From NCBI GenBank assembly GCA_049975265.1, contig JBNGDF010000019.1:1-46945 (forward strand): a stretch of DNA of 46,945 nucleotides, written 5' to 3'. The notes below the pieces were generated by a model. It did not search any database and was not told the DNA's origin. It saw nothing but the letters and a program-made list of their open reading frames with translations. The position numbers and the translations under genes were made by a program. This document shows, piece after piece, positions 35,483-44,525 of this stretch; position 1 is the stretch's first letter, and the number at the start of each line of letters is the position of its first letter. This stretch comes from Fidelibacterota bacterium (GTDB lineage Bacteria > Fidelibacterota > UBA2242).

Positions 35483-37030
35483 TTAATATTTTTTGACGAA
35501 TATCGGGTTCGTTGCCAGCGTAACATAATCGCGTTTGCCCGCATAAATCCGATAATAAACCATTCTGTCCGGCAGCGGTGCTTCATCCACATACCATTCA
35601 TCCAGTGAATCGCGCATCTGGTAGGTTTTGACCAAATCCGAATTTTTGTAGATATAGACGGAACGTGCTGGCGGATTCTTGTGAATGGAGCGCATCCGGA
35701 TATGAATGGCGACTGGTGCAGCGGCGAGGGTCAATGTCTCTCCGATAAAGGCGCTGCGCTGGGTGGCGATGTCGTACAGGGCGAATTCATCCATGAAGAG
35801 TTCATTGCCGACGAAATCGCGGGTCGTGTAGGAACGCCCGCTGCGCAGTGCTTCATAGACCCCTTCGCGGCTGCGCTCTTTGGCAAAAAGGAAGGTGTTG
35901 GTAGCCGCCACCAGCTTGAGTTCATTACTCTCTTCAAAATCCAGTTCACCGATGGCATAGACCGGTTTTTTACGATAACCCCGACAGTATTCATCCAGCG
36001 CGATATCCCATAAACCACCGGGTCGTCCGACTGTACGCATCCCTTCCCAGAAGATGCAGAATCCGGTGTAATCTTTGGTTTCCGTGATCAGGTGCGGATA
36101 GGCATCGGTTTCAATTTTGATGGATTGCGAAAGGAAAGGGATATTGACTGACCGAACAAGTGAACTTGACACCTCCGGGTGAGCGTAATAGATTAGACCG
36201 TTATTGTCGTTGACGTAGTCAATCAACGCCTGGAACGGACCAGCGCCCTGGTCGCCGTGATATTGATCGTATTTACCAGGTAAAAACGGGTATTCGGAAT
36301 AGAGAATATAGCCCAGCAGGGCAGCAAACAGGAACGCTTTCCAGCTGAATCGGTATTTTTTTCGTCTTTTACGGGCGGCATGCGCGATATCGTGGCGCCG
36401 GTGTGAGCGTTTGATTATCAAAAAAAAGGCAATGATGAAAAGGATGAAATAGAGCACGATAATGGAGAAATGCATAAAGTTGGCGGAGATGTATTTCATT
36501 AGCTCCCCGGAAGCCGGAGTTGCATGACCCAGTCCGCCGTTCGCGATAGAGGGGATATTTTTGAAATCCTCAACATCATCAAACCCGAATACCAGTAGAT
36601 GGGTGTGCCAGTTTCGCAGAGTCAGGTTGTTATATAGCGGCGAGCCTTCCCAGTAATAGTAGGGAACAGCTTCGATGCCCGGAATGAAGATTATATCGGG
36701 AAAAATCCGATCAATCTGTTCAATTTCCTCCAGATATTTTTCGACACCGTAGCGGCTGACGGAATTTTCCTGAATAGAGAACTTAAGAAATTTCTGAAAA
36801 GGCTGTATCCCGTAGGATACTTTCATGTTGTCATGATCAGTGATTATGGCGACGTCCAGTCCGAAGTTATTGGCTATTCCCGCCAGTTCTCCCAGAGTAT
36901 AGGAGCCGCCGCTGACTTTGGAATCGAAATGAATGCCGGTTTTCAGGCGTTGGTAATTACGGCTGTTTTGACCGTCCAGCACCGAGATGCAGAGTAGCGC
37001 CGCTAATGTGATTTTTAACCAGATTTTCAT
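35483..37030 (-). CDS. Exported PHP-like metallohydrolase domain protein interrupted by two TM helices
   Basis: Signal peptide from ATG 37030; 'GIHFDS..SGG', 'ITDHD', 'PGIE', 'HTHLL', two TM helices, then 'AHPE', 'GELDF', 'EALRSGRSY', 'TNPIFV'. Confidence 0.72.
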   Translation of the reverse strand: MKIWLKITLAALLCISVLDGQNSRNYQRLKTGIHFDSKVSGGSYTLGELAGIANNFGLDVAIITDHDNMKVSYGIQPFQKFLKFSIQENSVSRYGVEKYLEEIEQIDRIFPDIIFIPGIEAVPYYYWEGSPLYNNLTLRNWHTHLLVFGFDDVEDFKNIPSIANGGLGHATPASGELMKYISANFMHFSIIVLYFILFIIAFFLIIKRSHRRHDIAHAARKRRKKYRFSWKAFLFAALLGYILYSEYPFLPGKYDQYHGDQGAGPFQALIDYVNDNNGLIYYAHPEVSSSLVRSVNIPFLSQSIKIETDAYPHLITETKDYTGFCIFWEGMRTVGRPGGLWDIALDEYCRGYRKKPVYAIGELDFEESNELKLVAATNTFLFAKERSREGVYEALRSGRSYTTRDFVGNELFMDEFALYDIATQRSAFIGETLTLAAAPVAIHIRMRSIHKNPPARSVYIYKNSDLVKTYQMRDSLDEWYVDEAPLPDRMVYYRIYAGKRDYVTLATNPIFVKKY

Positions 37031-37034
37031 TATT

Positions 37035-38231
37035 TCAATATTCGGTGTAGAATTTGACAACCCTGTTAATATAATTGTTCAATGAATAAAATTCCGCACT
37101 TTTTCTATTTGTCAGTCCCATATTTCGGCAAATTCGGCGATTTTCCCACAAGTACCGGATAGATTCAGCCAGTTGCCGGTGGTTACAGGATTCCACCAGC
37201 AGACCGTTTTTGGGGTCTTCAATCACCTCCGGCACGCCGCCGACTTTGGTGGCGATGATCGCCAGACCGCATGCCATTGCCTCCACCAGAACCCGCCCAA
37301 AACCTTCATTGAGCGAGGTCAGAACGAACACCTCATGTTGGGCAAGCAGGCGGGGTATGTCATTGCGGTAGCCGAGAAATTTAACGTTCGTCAGCTGCTG
37401 TTTAACAGCGAAACGTTTGGAGGCTGAGCGCAATTCGCCATCACCGACAATGGTCACCTGCGGCGTCATGCCGGACTGTTTCAGCACCACCAATGCATCC
37501 AACAGCATTTGCAGGTTTTTAATAGGGACGATCCGACCAATCCAGATGAGCGATAATGGTTTGTGTGGTGAATCGCTGATATTGCACGAGGGGTGGTCAT
37601 AGAACGGTTGCAGATGAACACCGCAGGAAGAAACGACGAATTTTTCCGGGCGGGCGATTCGCATAGCGATGTGATCCCGGCGACCGGCGGCAGTGAGATT
37701 GAAGATTTTTCTCGTATAGTGCGCCGCTATTTTTTCCAGTAGAATAAACAGGCGGCTGACAAAACGGTTGTAGTAGCCGTAAAAAATGTGCCCATGCGGC
37801 GAGTGAAAAATCGTGGGAATTCCGCAATAGTGACCGGCTAATCGACCGATAATTCCGGCTTTGGAAGAATTGGTATGCAGGATGTCCGGTCGGAATTTTC
37901 GGAAAGCAGTTACCAGTTGGAAAAACGCCTGACAATCCTTGAAAAGATTCACCGGACGAACCAGCGAATCCACAAAGTGAATCGCGAAGCCGTTTTCCCG
38001 GGCATAGTGCCGCGGGTCCCAGAGCGGCTCGATGGTTATACCGGAAATCAGGAGAACCCGATAGCCCCGTTTTGTCAGTCCGGCAGCCAGCTGCTGGGTT
38101 AGTTCTGCCGATCCGCCGCGGTCCAGCCGGGTGATGACAAGGACGATGCGCTTTGGGAGACGACCGGTGTCAGGCAAGGTTAGCGATGACGTTTTGCACC
38201 GTATGGATGATTCTGGTATTGATTTGCGCAT
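37035..38231 (-). CDS. Glycosyltransferase family 4
   Basis: 'GGSAE', 'HTNSSKAG', 'GRIVPIKN', 'GYRNDI', 'EGFGRVLVEAMA'; the true start may be TTG at 38177. Confidence 0.9.
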   Translation of the reverse strand: MRKSIPESSIRCKTSSLTLPDTGRLPKRIVLVITRLDRGGSAELTQQLAAGLTKRGYRVLLISGITIEPLWDPRHYARENGFAIHFVDSLVRPVNLFKDCQAFFQLVTAFRKFRPDILHTNSSKAGIIGRLAGHYCGIPTIFHSPHGHIFYGYYNRFVSRLFILLEKIAAHYTRKIFNLTAAGRRDHIAMRIARPEKFVVSSCGVHLQPFYDHPSCNISDSPHKPLSLIWIGRIVPIKNLQMLLDALVVLKQSGMTPQVTIVGDGELRSASKRFAVKQQLTNVKFLGYRNDIPRLLAQHEVFVLTSLNEGFGRVLVEAMACGLAIIATKVGGVPEVIEDPKNGLLVESCNHRQLAESIRYLWENRRICRNMGLTNRKSAEFYSLNNYINRVVKFYTEY

Positions 38232-39372
38232 GGGGTGGAATCAGCAGCAGGTGTTCGGCAAGATAGGTAGCGTGGGGATAGGGATCGTCGCCGGCTGTAT
38301 CCAGTTCCGGAAAAATGTGGTGCAGTGGATGATCATAGAGAGTGGTGGCTTCGATGCCTCGCCGAGAAAGTTGACCAATTATGGCTTCCCGCTGGCCAAG
38401 GTCGTCTACGATAACCGGGAATTGGTTGAAAGCGACCTGAGAATTGTGTGGAATTGTCGGAAGAGTAAACCCCGGTTTGTTATGAAAAATTTCGGTGAGC
38501 CGCCTACCGTTCTCGATGCGTTTTTGATCCAGGGAGTCGATTCTCTTCCAAAGATTCATTCCCAGCGCCGCCTGCATCTGCGTATATTGAAAGGAGTCAA
38601 AGTGGGTATGCAGGGTGGTGTATTTATATTTGGAGATAATCGGATTCAGGAGAGTATAGGGAAATGGTCGTACAGCCAGACTGAGACCGCAGAATCGTAA
38701 AAACATCATCCACTTTGCCCTTTGCGACAGTGCCGGTAAGACACCGACATGTTTTCTGAACAGCTCCGTCAATCCGGCGTCCTGCCAGGTGATGATCCCG
38801 CCTGCCAGGGTAGAGACATTTTTCCCGCGATTCAGAGAGTAGAATCCAAAAGGCGCTATGGTGCCGATATGCCGATTGTTCACTTTTGTTCCCAGGGCGG
38901 AAGCACCATCTTCAAGAACAAAAATATCGGTATTTTTTGTCATTGTGAGAAATGTCTCCACTTCGCAGGGCAGACCGAACATGTGAACCGGCATGATTGC
39001 CAGCGTTTTTTCACTCAGTTTTTCTTGTACTTTTTCCACGGATAAATTGAAAGTGTCCGGGTCGATATCCACCAGAACCGCTTTAAGTTGGGCGGCTTCA
39101 ATCGGGAGCAGCAGCGAGGGCGCCGTATACGCCGGCAGAATGATTTCCACCTGCTCAACCCGTTTGCGCAGATCTTTTAGAACGTTATAAATAACAAAAT
39201 TAGCCGTGGTACCGGAATTGACGAGCGTGAGGTTTTCCACATTGAAATAGTGTTTTAATGTATTTGTAAATCGGTTAATAACTCTTTCGCTTTGAAATAG
39301 TCCCAACTTGGCAAAAAAGACGTCAGATAGCCGGTAGGGTGTTCCGGCGCTCGGCATTTTGAAAAGACTCAT
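38170..39372 (-). CDS. DegT/DnrJ-family PLP-dependent aminotransferase (second paralogue)
   Basis: 'NSGT.A', 'PAYT', 'VHMFG', 'EDGASALG', 'SLNRGKN..GG'. Confidence 0.85.
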   Translation of the reverse strand: MSLFKMPSAGTPYRLSDVFFAKLGLFQSERVINRFTNTLKHYFNVENLTLVNSGTTANFVIYNVLKDLRKRVEQVEIILPAYTAPSLLLPIEAAQLKAVLVDIDPDTFNLSVEKVQEKLSEKTLAIMPVHMFGLPCEVETFLTMTKNTDIFVLEDGASALGTKVNNRHIGTIAPFGFYSLNRGKNVSTLAGGIITWQDAGLTELFRKHVGVLPALSQRAKWMMFLRFCGLSLAVRPFPYTLLNPIISKYKYTTLHTHFDSFQYTQMQAALGMNLWKRIDSLDQKRIENGRRLTEIFHNKPGFTLPTIPHNSQVAFNQFPVIVDDLGQREAIIGQLSRRGIEATTLYDHPLHHIFPELDTAGDDPYPHATYLAEHLLLIPPHAQINTRIIHTVQNVIANLA

Positions 39373-39375
39373 GGT

Positions 39376-40002
39376 TTATTTCTCCAACACAGCCAGAAAA
39401 CCTTTGGCGAGGAATGTGGTTTTCGAGCCTAAAGATATTAGATTAACGAGCCTCGCATTTAATCGGTTTATGATCGGTTTGAAATTGTTCCACCTGTATG
39501 CAAAAGTCGAAACAGAGCCGGTCACTCGATTTATTTTATATGTTAAAGCGATGGCTGGATTCCAGATGTTGCGGTAGTCGAAAATGAGGGGGTGTTTCGG
39601 TTTGCACACGCGGTACAGTTCTGCGATGAGTGCTTCAATGGTAGTAAGTGGTGCCAGGTTTACCAGTGTGTTCAGGCAAAAGACGGCATCGAAGGTATTA
39701 TCGTTGAATGGTAATTGATAGGCATTGCCCTGAACAAAGCGATGAGCGGGTAAATGATTATCCGAAAATACGAGTCGGGCATTTTCCAGGGCGGCAAAAT
39801 CCCGGTCGAGACCGAAAGGAACAAACTGGTCGGGATAATTAGCGGCGGTTTCAAGTAAAAAAATACCGTTTCCGCAGCCAACATCGAGGATTTTTCCGTG
39901 AATATCTTTCAGAATTTTTCTGGTCTCGGCACGCACCATTCTGGAAATGGAGGTTTGAAAGGCTTCCGGTCGGCAAGAACGCTCCAGATTGAGTTCGTTC
40001 AT
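39376..40002 (-). CDS. Class I SAM-dependent methyltransferase
   Basis: 'ILDVGCGNG', 'LPFNDNTFDAV', 'RVCKP'. Confidence 0.88.
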   Translation of the reverse strand: MNELNLERSCRPEAFQTSISRMVRAETRKILKDIHGKILDVGCGNGIFLLETAANYPDQFVPFGLDRDFAALENARLVFSDNHLPAHRFVQGNAYQLPFNDNTFDAVFCLNTLVNLAPLTTIEALIAELYRVCKPKHPLIFDYRNIWNPAIALTYKINRVTGSVSTFAYRWNNFKPIINRLNARLVNLISLGSKTTFLAKGFLAVLEK

Positions 40003-41156
40003 AGGTAAGACTGAACCTTCTTACTGATAATTTTCCAGTCAAAAAACCGTTGTGCCCGCTGAAGACCATAGCGACCGATCTCCAATCGCTGTGACTCGTC
40101 GGTCATTAATCGTTCGACGGTTGCGACGATGGCATTCAAATCTGTACCGTCGATGATGTACCCCGACTTTCCGTCTTCGACAGCGTCATGGATTCCGCCG
40201 AAATTGCCGGCAACAACCGGCTTGGCGCAGGCGGAAGCCTCCAGAAATACAATGCCAAAGCCTTCATAATCGCCTTTTAGTTGTTCGTTTGCAGTGCTTT
40301 GGCGATTGAGTAAAATGAACAGATCACAAAGGTTGTAGTATTTTGGCAAATCTTCATCCGTAACAAAACCAGCGAATATAATCTTATCGCTGACGCCCAG
40401 ATCATTGACCAATTTTCGCAATGCCTCTTCTTCCCGACCTTTACCGACGATGAGATAGCGGATGTCCGGATAATTACCGCGCAATCTGGTGATCGCCCGG
40501 ATCACGAAATCGTGTCCTTTGCGTTCATCGAGACGGGCGACCGTGAGCAGTACGAATTTTCCGGCTAAATCGTATTTTTCGATCAATGCCGGGTCTTTGG
40601 GCGTCGGAGTAAACCGGGTGGTGTCCACACCGGGTGTGATGACATCGAATTTTTCCGCGGGAATGCCGATATTCAGAAATTCCTGCATGGTGAAACGGCT
40701 GTTCGGGATGATCTTATCCGCATTTTCCAGAAATGAGCGAATGCCGCTCATCAACAGCGGCTTTTGACCGAAGCGGTACGTCTCAGAGCCGTAAACGTAG
40801 ATGAAGTAAGGAACTCCAAAGAGTTTTTTCATTGTCCAGCCGGTAATTCCTGATGAAAGAACCTGACCGCAATGGAGAATGTCAAATTTGTACCGAAAAT
40901 GCAGAATAAGCGTCCAGAAGGTGTGCAGCAGGCTTTTCAGGATTTTGGCTTTGGTGGTGTTGCCCGTGGTGATGCGACGGCGGATAATACGCAACGGTGA
41001 AGCAGCGTCGTACCTCTGCCAGCCCTCGTCTTTGGGTGCCAGAATATAGCAATTTTTCGGCGGCAAATGTTTCCAGATTTCAGCGAAATAGGTGGCAATG
41101 CCACTGACGACGGGGGGAAAATCGCCGGGAATCAGTAGCGATTTTCGATCAGACAT
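39999..41156 (-). CDS. Glycosyltransferase family 4 (PimB-like)
   Basis: 'DFPP..SGI', 'PGVD..RF', 'VARLDERKG.D', 'EGFGIVFLEA'. Confidence 0.9.
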   Translation of the reverse strand: MSDRKSLLIPGDFPPVVSGIATYFAEIWKHLPPKNCYILAPKDEGWQRYDAASPLRIIRRRITTGNTTKAKILKSLLHTFWTLILHFRYKFDILHCGQVLSSGITGWTMKKLFGVPYFIYVYGSETYRFGQKPLLMSGIRSFLENADKIIPNSRFTMQEFLNIGIPAEKFDVITPGVDTTRFTPTPKDPALIEKYDLAGKFVLLTVARLDERKGHDFVIRAITRLRGNYPDIRYLIVGKGREEEALRKLVNDLGVSDKIIFAGFVTDEDLPKYYNLCDLFILLNRQSTANEQLKGDYEGFGIVFLEASACAKPVVAGNFGGIHDAVEDGKSGYIIDGTDLNAIVATVERLMTDESQRLEIGRYGLQRAQRFFDWKIISKKVQSYL

Positions 41157-42081
41157 CGGTTTCTTTCAAGATGATATATCCAATTGCATAACCTGCTAAA
41201 TATACCACCAAACTGAGCAGATAAAAAATGCGCAGAGTCAATAGAGTCTTGAGTAATCGCCCGATATAGGAGATGATGCGTATCGGTGTTGAGCGTTTTT
41301 CCGCCACCTCATCCCCATGCCGGGTAGTCAGTTCAATGACGAATTCAGGGTAAAATTTATTCACGTATGCCGCCATTTTGCCATTGCGGTAAAACTGCCG
41401 GAAGAATTTGCGAAACGATTTTGGAGGAAGATGGTGAATATAAATGCCGGGTAAAACCACGACTCTGTAGCCGGCTTTGCGGATTTCTTGGCGCAGATAG
41501 GGATCCAGCCCGCGGGGAATCAGTTCGTTTTCGCCACCGACCTCTATAAAAACGTTACGCGGAATGATACAACAAGGGTGTTCCGCCAGATCGCTGTCGG
41601 TGATTTCAGCAACCAGCGGTGATGTCCGGCGGGGCAGTTCCTTCATGATGCGTTTGATAAACCAGGAAACGTCGTCAGGCACGAGGTTGGCGGCGCCTGC
41701 CATGCCGATATCGGGATGCTGCTGGATTTGGGTGACCATTTTTTCTAAAAGATCATTATGTCCAAGCTTGGTATCATCATCGAAAGTTACCAGATACTTC
41801 CCTTCCGCCAGCTGCGCGCCGCAGTTGATCGCCCGCCCCTGCCGGGTGTCGCCGATAATGACAATGATTTCGAAATCCCGGAAGGTTTGTTCTTTCAGTT
41901 GTTTTAGCAGAGATGGCAGTAGTCCATCCCGGGTGGCATCGGCGGTCGGGATGATGATGCTGATCAGAGGCTTTTGCTCAGGCTTTTCCCGGAAAATTTC
42001 GATTCTGCCTTCGGATAAACCTTTGGGGTATTTGACGAAGGGGCGGGGGATGTTGGAAGTGAAGATTTTACATGGTTGCAT
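41149..42081 (-). CDS. Glycosyltransferase family 2
   Basis: 'ISIIIPT', 'QTFRDFEIIV', 'N.GA..A.GKYL..FDDD'; C-terminal hydrophobic helix. Confidence 0.85.
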   Translation of the reverse strand: MQPCKIFTSNIPRPFVKYPKGLSEGRIEIFREKPEQKPLISIIIPTADATRDGLLPSLLKQLKEQTFRDFEIIVIIGDTRQGRAINCGAQLAEGKYLVTFDDDTKLGHNDLLEKMVTQIQQHPDIGMAGAANLVPDDVSWFIKRIMKELPRRTSPLVAEITDSDLAEHPCCIIPRNVFIEVGGENELIPRGLDPYLRQEIRKAGYRVVVLPGIYIHHLPPKSFRKFFRQFYRNGKMAAYVNKFYPEFVIELTTRHGDEVAEKRSTPIRIISYIGRLLKTLLTLRIFYLLSLVVYLAGYAIGYIILKETDV

Positions 42082-42098
42082 CGGATGTAAAGTTCGAC

Positions 42099-42228
42099 CT
42101 CCGGATTACATCCGGAGCTATTCGGGTTGAACTCCTGCGGAGTTCTGCCGAATGGATAATTCCGTAACGTTGCAGAGAGGAATCCCGCAGTGATTCAATC
42201 TGATTAGCCATGAAAGCAATTTATGGAG
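42099..42228. repeat. Pair of inverted REP-like palindromic units
   Basis: The reverse complement of 42099-42145 (GAACTCCGCAGGAGTTCAACCCGAATAGCTCCGGATGTAATCCGGAG) aligns with 42180-42228 (GAATCCCGCAGTGATTCAATCTGATTAGCCATGAAAGCAATTTATGGAG); each unit consists of two short hairpins. Confidence 0.6.
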
Positions 42229-42287
42229 AGGGGAGAAAACGATGAGCCCTGACCAAGGAGTGGTTGAATGTCGTTTGAATACAATAT

Positions 42288-43367
42288 TTAGTCGAAATCA
42301 ATCCTATTCAAAATGGCTACAATTTTTCCACTGGCGTTGCCATCACCAAAAATTTTATCATCCGCTGGAATTACCTTTTGGTGACTGGATAACAGACCGG
42401 GCAATTTTTGGAAATTATCGCCAATCAGGGTCGCCCAGCCATTTTCGACGAGTTCTACCCATTCGGTTTCACCACGAAGGACAATAGATGGAACACCGGC
42501 AAAGTAGGCTTCTTTCTGGACACCGCCGGAGTCGGTCAGAATGATGCGGGCGTTTTTTTCCAGAACGATCATTTCCTGATAGGAGACCGGGTCTACCAGA
42601 TGTAACGAATCTCCCCGAACCCGGATATTGTGCTTTTTCATCAAATTGCGAGTACGGGGATGAATCGGGAAAATGATAAGTTCATTTAAGTCCTGTAAAG
42701 TACTGATAAGTGCTTTTAAAATGACTGGATCATCGGTGTTTTGAGGTCGGTGGACAGTTGCCAGGATAAATCCTTTTGACGTTAATTGGAATTTGCTGAG
42801 AACCTTTTCTTTGTCAATTCGTGATAAATTAAATAAAAACGAGTCAAACATGACATCACCGACATGATAAACTCCGTCGGTTTGGCCTTCTTTGGCTAAA
42901 TTATCAACTGCGGTCTGTGTGGGTACAAACAAATATTTTGATAATTTATCGGAAACAATCCGGTTAATTTCCTCAGGCATTTTCCGATTATAACTACGCA
43001 AACCGGCTTCGATATGAGCAACCGGGATATGCAGTTTTGATGCTGCCAACGCTCCGGCAATTGTGGAGTTGGTATCTCCATAAATCAATACTATGTCGGG
43101 TTTTAAGTCTATTAAAATAGTTTCGATTGCCATCAGCATTTTTGCGGTTTGTTCACCGTGATTTGCGGAACCAATACCCAGATTATAATCCGGTTCAGGG
43201 ATTGCTAATTCCTGGAAAAAGGTTTCAGACATGTTTTTATCATAATGTTGGCCAGTATGAATAAGGATTTCATGAAAGTCTTTTCGAAGTTCTCTGGAAA
43301 CAGGTGCGCATTTGATGAACTGCGGGCGCGCGCCGACGATGGTGCAAATCTTTTTCAATCTATTCAA
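42288..43367 (-). CDS. wecB: UDP-N-acetylglucosamine 2-epimerase (non-hydrolysing)
   Basis: 'VGARPQFIK', 'HTGQHYD', 'YGDTNST', 'HIEAGLRS', 'PEEINR', 'TDSGGVQKEA', 'TEW', 'GDG.AS'. Confidence 0.93.
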   Translation of the reverse strand: MNRLKKICTIVGARPQFIKCAPVSRELRKDFHEILIHTGQHYDKNMSETFFQELAIPEPDYNLGIGSANHGEQTAKMLMAIETILIDLKPDIVLIYGDTNSTIAGALAASKLHIPVAHIEAGLRSYNRKMPEEINRIVSDKLSKYLFVPTQTAVDNLAKEGQTDGVYHVGDVMFDSFLFNLSRIDKEKVLSKFQLTSKGFILATVHRPQNTDDPVILKALISTLQDLNELIIFPIHPRTRNLMKKHNIRVRGDSLHLVDPVSYQEMIVLEKNARIILTDSGGVQKEAYFAGVPSIVLRGETEWVELVENGWATLIGDNFQKLPGLLSSHQKVIPADDKIFGDGNASGKIVAILNRIDFD

Positions 43368-44517
43368 AACTCTTCACTAAATCGATTATTTTTCCGGATG
43401 TCTGTTCCCAGGTGTAATTCAACCTAACTGTTTTTAGAGCGTTTTCGCTAATTGTTTTACATTTCTCAGGAGAATTCAGAAGGTCTATCAAAACACGGGC
43501 GAATTGTTTCGGATTTTTTACATTAACCGTTATCCCGGCATTGTTTGCTTCCAGGATTTCCTTAACTCCATATATGCGGCTGGACACAATCGGTTTTCCA
43601 CACGCCATATAGTCGTACAGTTTCATAGGAGAGAGACCAACATTTCCAACAAGTTCAATATCCCAGGGAGCCACACAAATATCGTAAGAATTGATATAGT
43701 AGGGAGCCATTTCAAAAGGAACATTTCCGGGGAAGAAGAAATTTTTATCGACTTGTTTTTCCCCGGCAAGTGCTTGCCATGATTCCAGCATAGCACCATC
43801 GCCGGCGACAACAAATTTTACCTCTGGCAATTCTGAGAGTATATATGGAGCGGCATTTATAAGATGCTGAACACCATGATGCGGATAACAGCCGCCGATA
43901 AAACCGATTATTTGATCATCCTTATTCAATCCAGTAGTTTTTCGGGCATAACCGACTGGAATCGGCTTGTATTTTTCCGGATTTGTTCCGTTATTGACGG
44001 CTATAATTTTTTCAGACGGAATCCGGTAATGTTTGATGATAAGTATTTTTAATCCTTCACTGACAGGGATCAGCAGGGTTGCATTCCGATAATTCAGTTC
44101 CTGAAACAGACGGAAAAGCATTAACTTAAATTTTGAATATCCGTATTCCTCCAGTTCGGCAAGCACCCAACCGTTCACTTCGATAAACAGAGGAACGGAT
44201 AAGAGCTTTGAAATGATAAGTGGTACCAGCGATGAACTCTCCCGATAATAAATTACCGTCGGTCTGTGGATGATGGTATTAAAAAGAAGAGAGAAAAATG
44301 CGAAAATATCGAAACTCAACCATTTAATTATCGGGATATTGATAATTGGAACCAAATGCAGTTTTACCGGTGCATCGAATTCCGGTTTGATTATATTCGG
44401 GTTGAAAAAGTGAACTTCATTGTCAAATTTGGAGAACCATGAAACAGTTTCCCGAATGTGATTGTTAATTTTTCCTATTTTTTTAAAACCTTCGTAACAG
44501 AAATAATAAATCCGCAT
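43360..44517 (-). CDS. Glycosyltransferase family 4
   Basis: 'EVNG', 'NG', 'GDG', 'SPMKLYDYMACGKP'. Confidence 0.88.
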   Translation of the reverse strand: MRIYYFCYEGFKKIGKINNHIRETVSWFSKFDNEVHFFNPNIIKPEFDAPVKLHLVPIINIPIIKWLSFDIFAFFSLLFNTIIHRPTVIYYRESSSLVPLIISKLLSVPLFIEVNGWVLAELEEYGYSKFKLMLFRLFQELNYRNATLLIPVSEGLKILIIKHYRIPSEKIIAVNNGTNPEKYKPIPVGYARKTTGLNKDDQIIGFIGGCYPHHGVQHLINAAPYILSELPEVKFVVAGDGAMLESWQALAGEKQVDKNFFFPGNVPFEMAPYYINSYDICVAPWDIELVGNVGLSPMKLYDYMACGKPIVSSRIYGVKEILEANNAGITVNVKNPKQFARVLIDLLNSPEKCKTISENALKTVRLNYTWEQTSGKIIDLVKSFE

Positions 44518-44525
44518 AAGCCATT

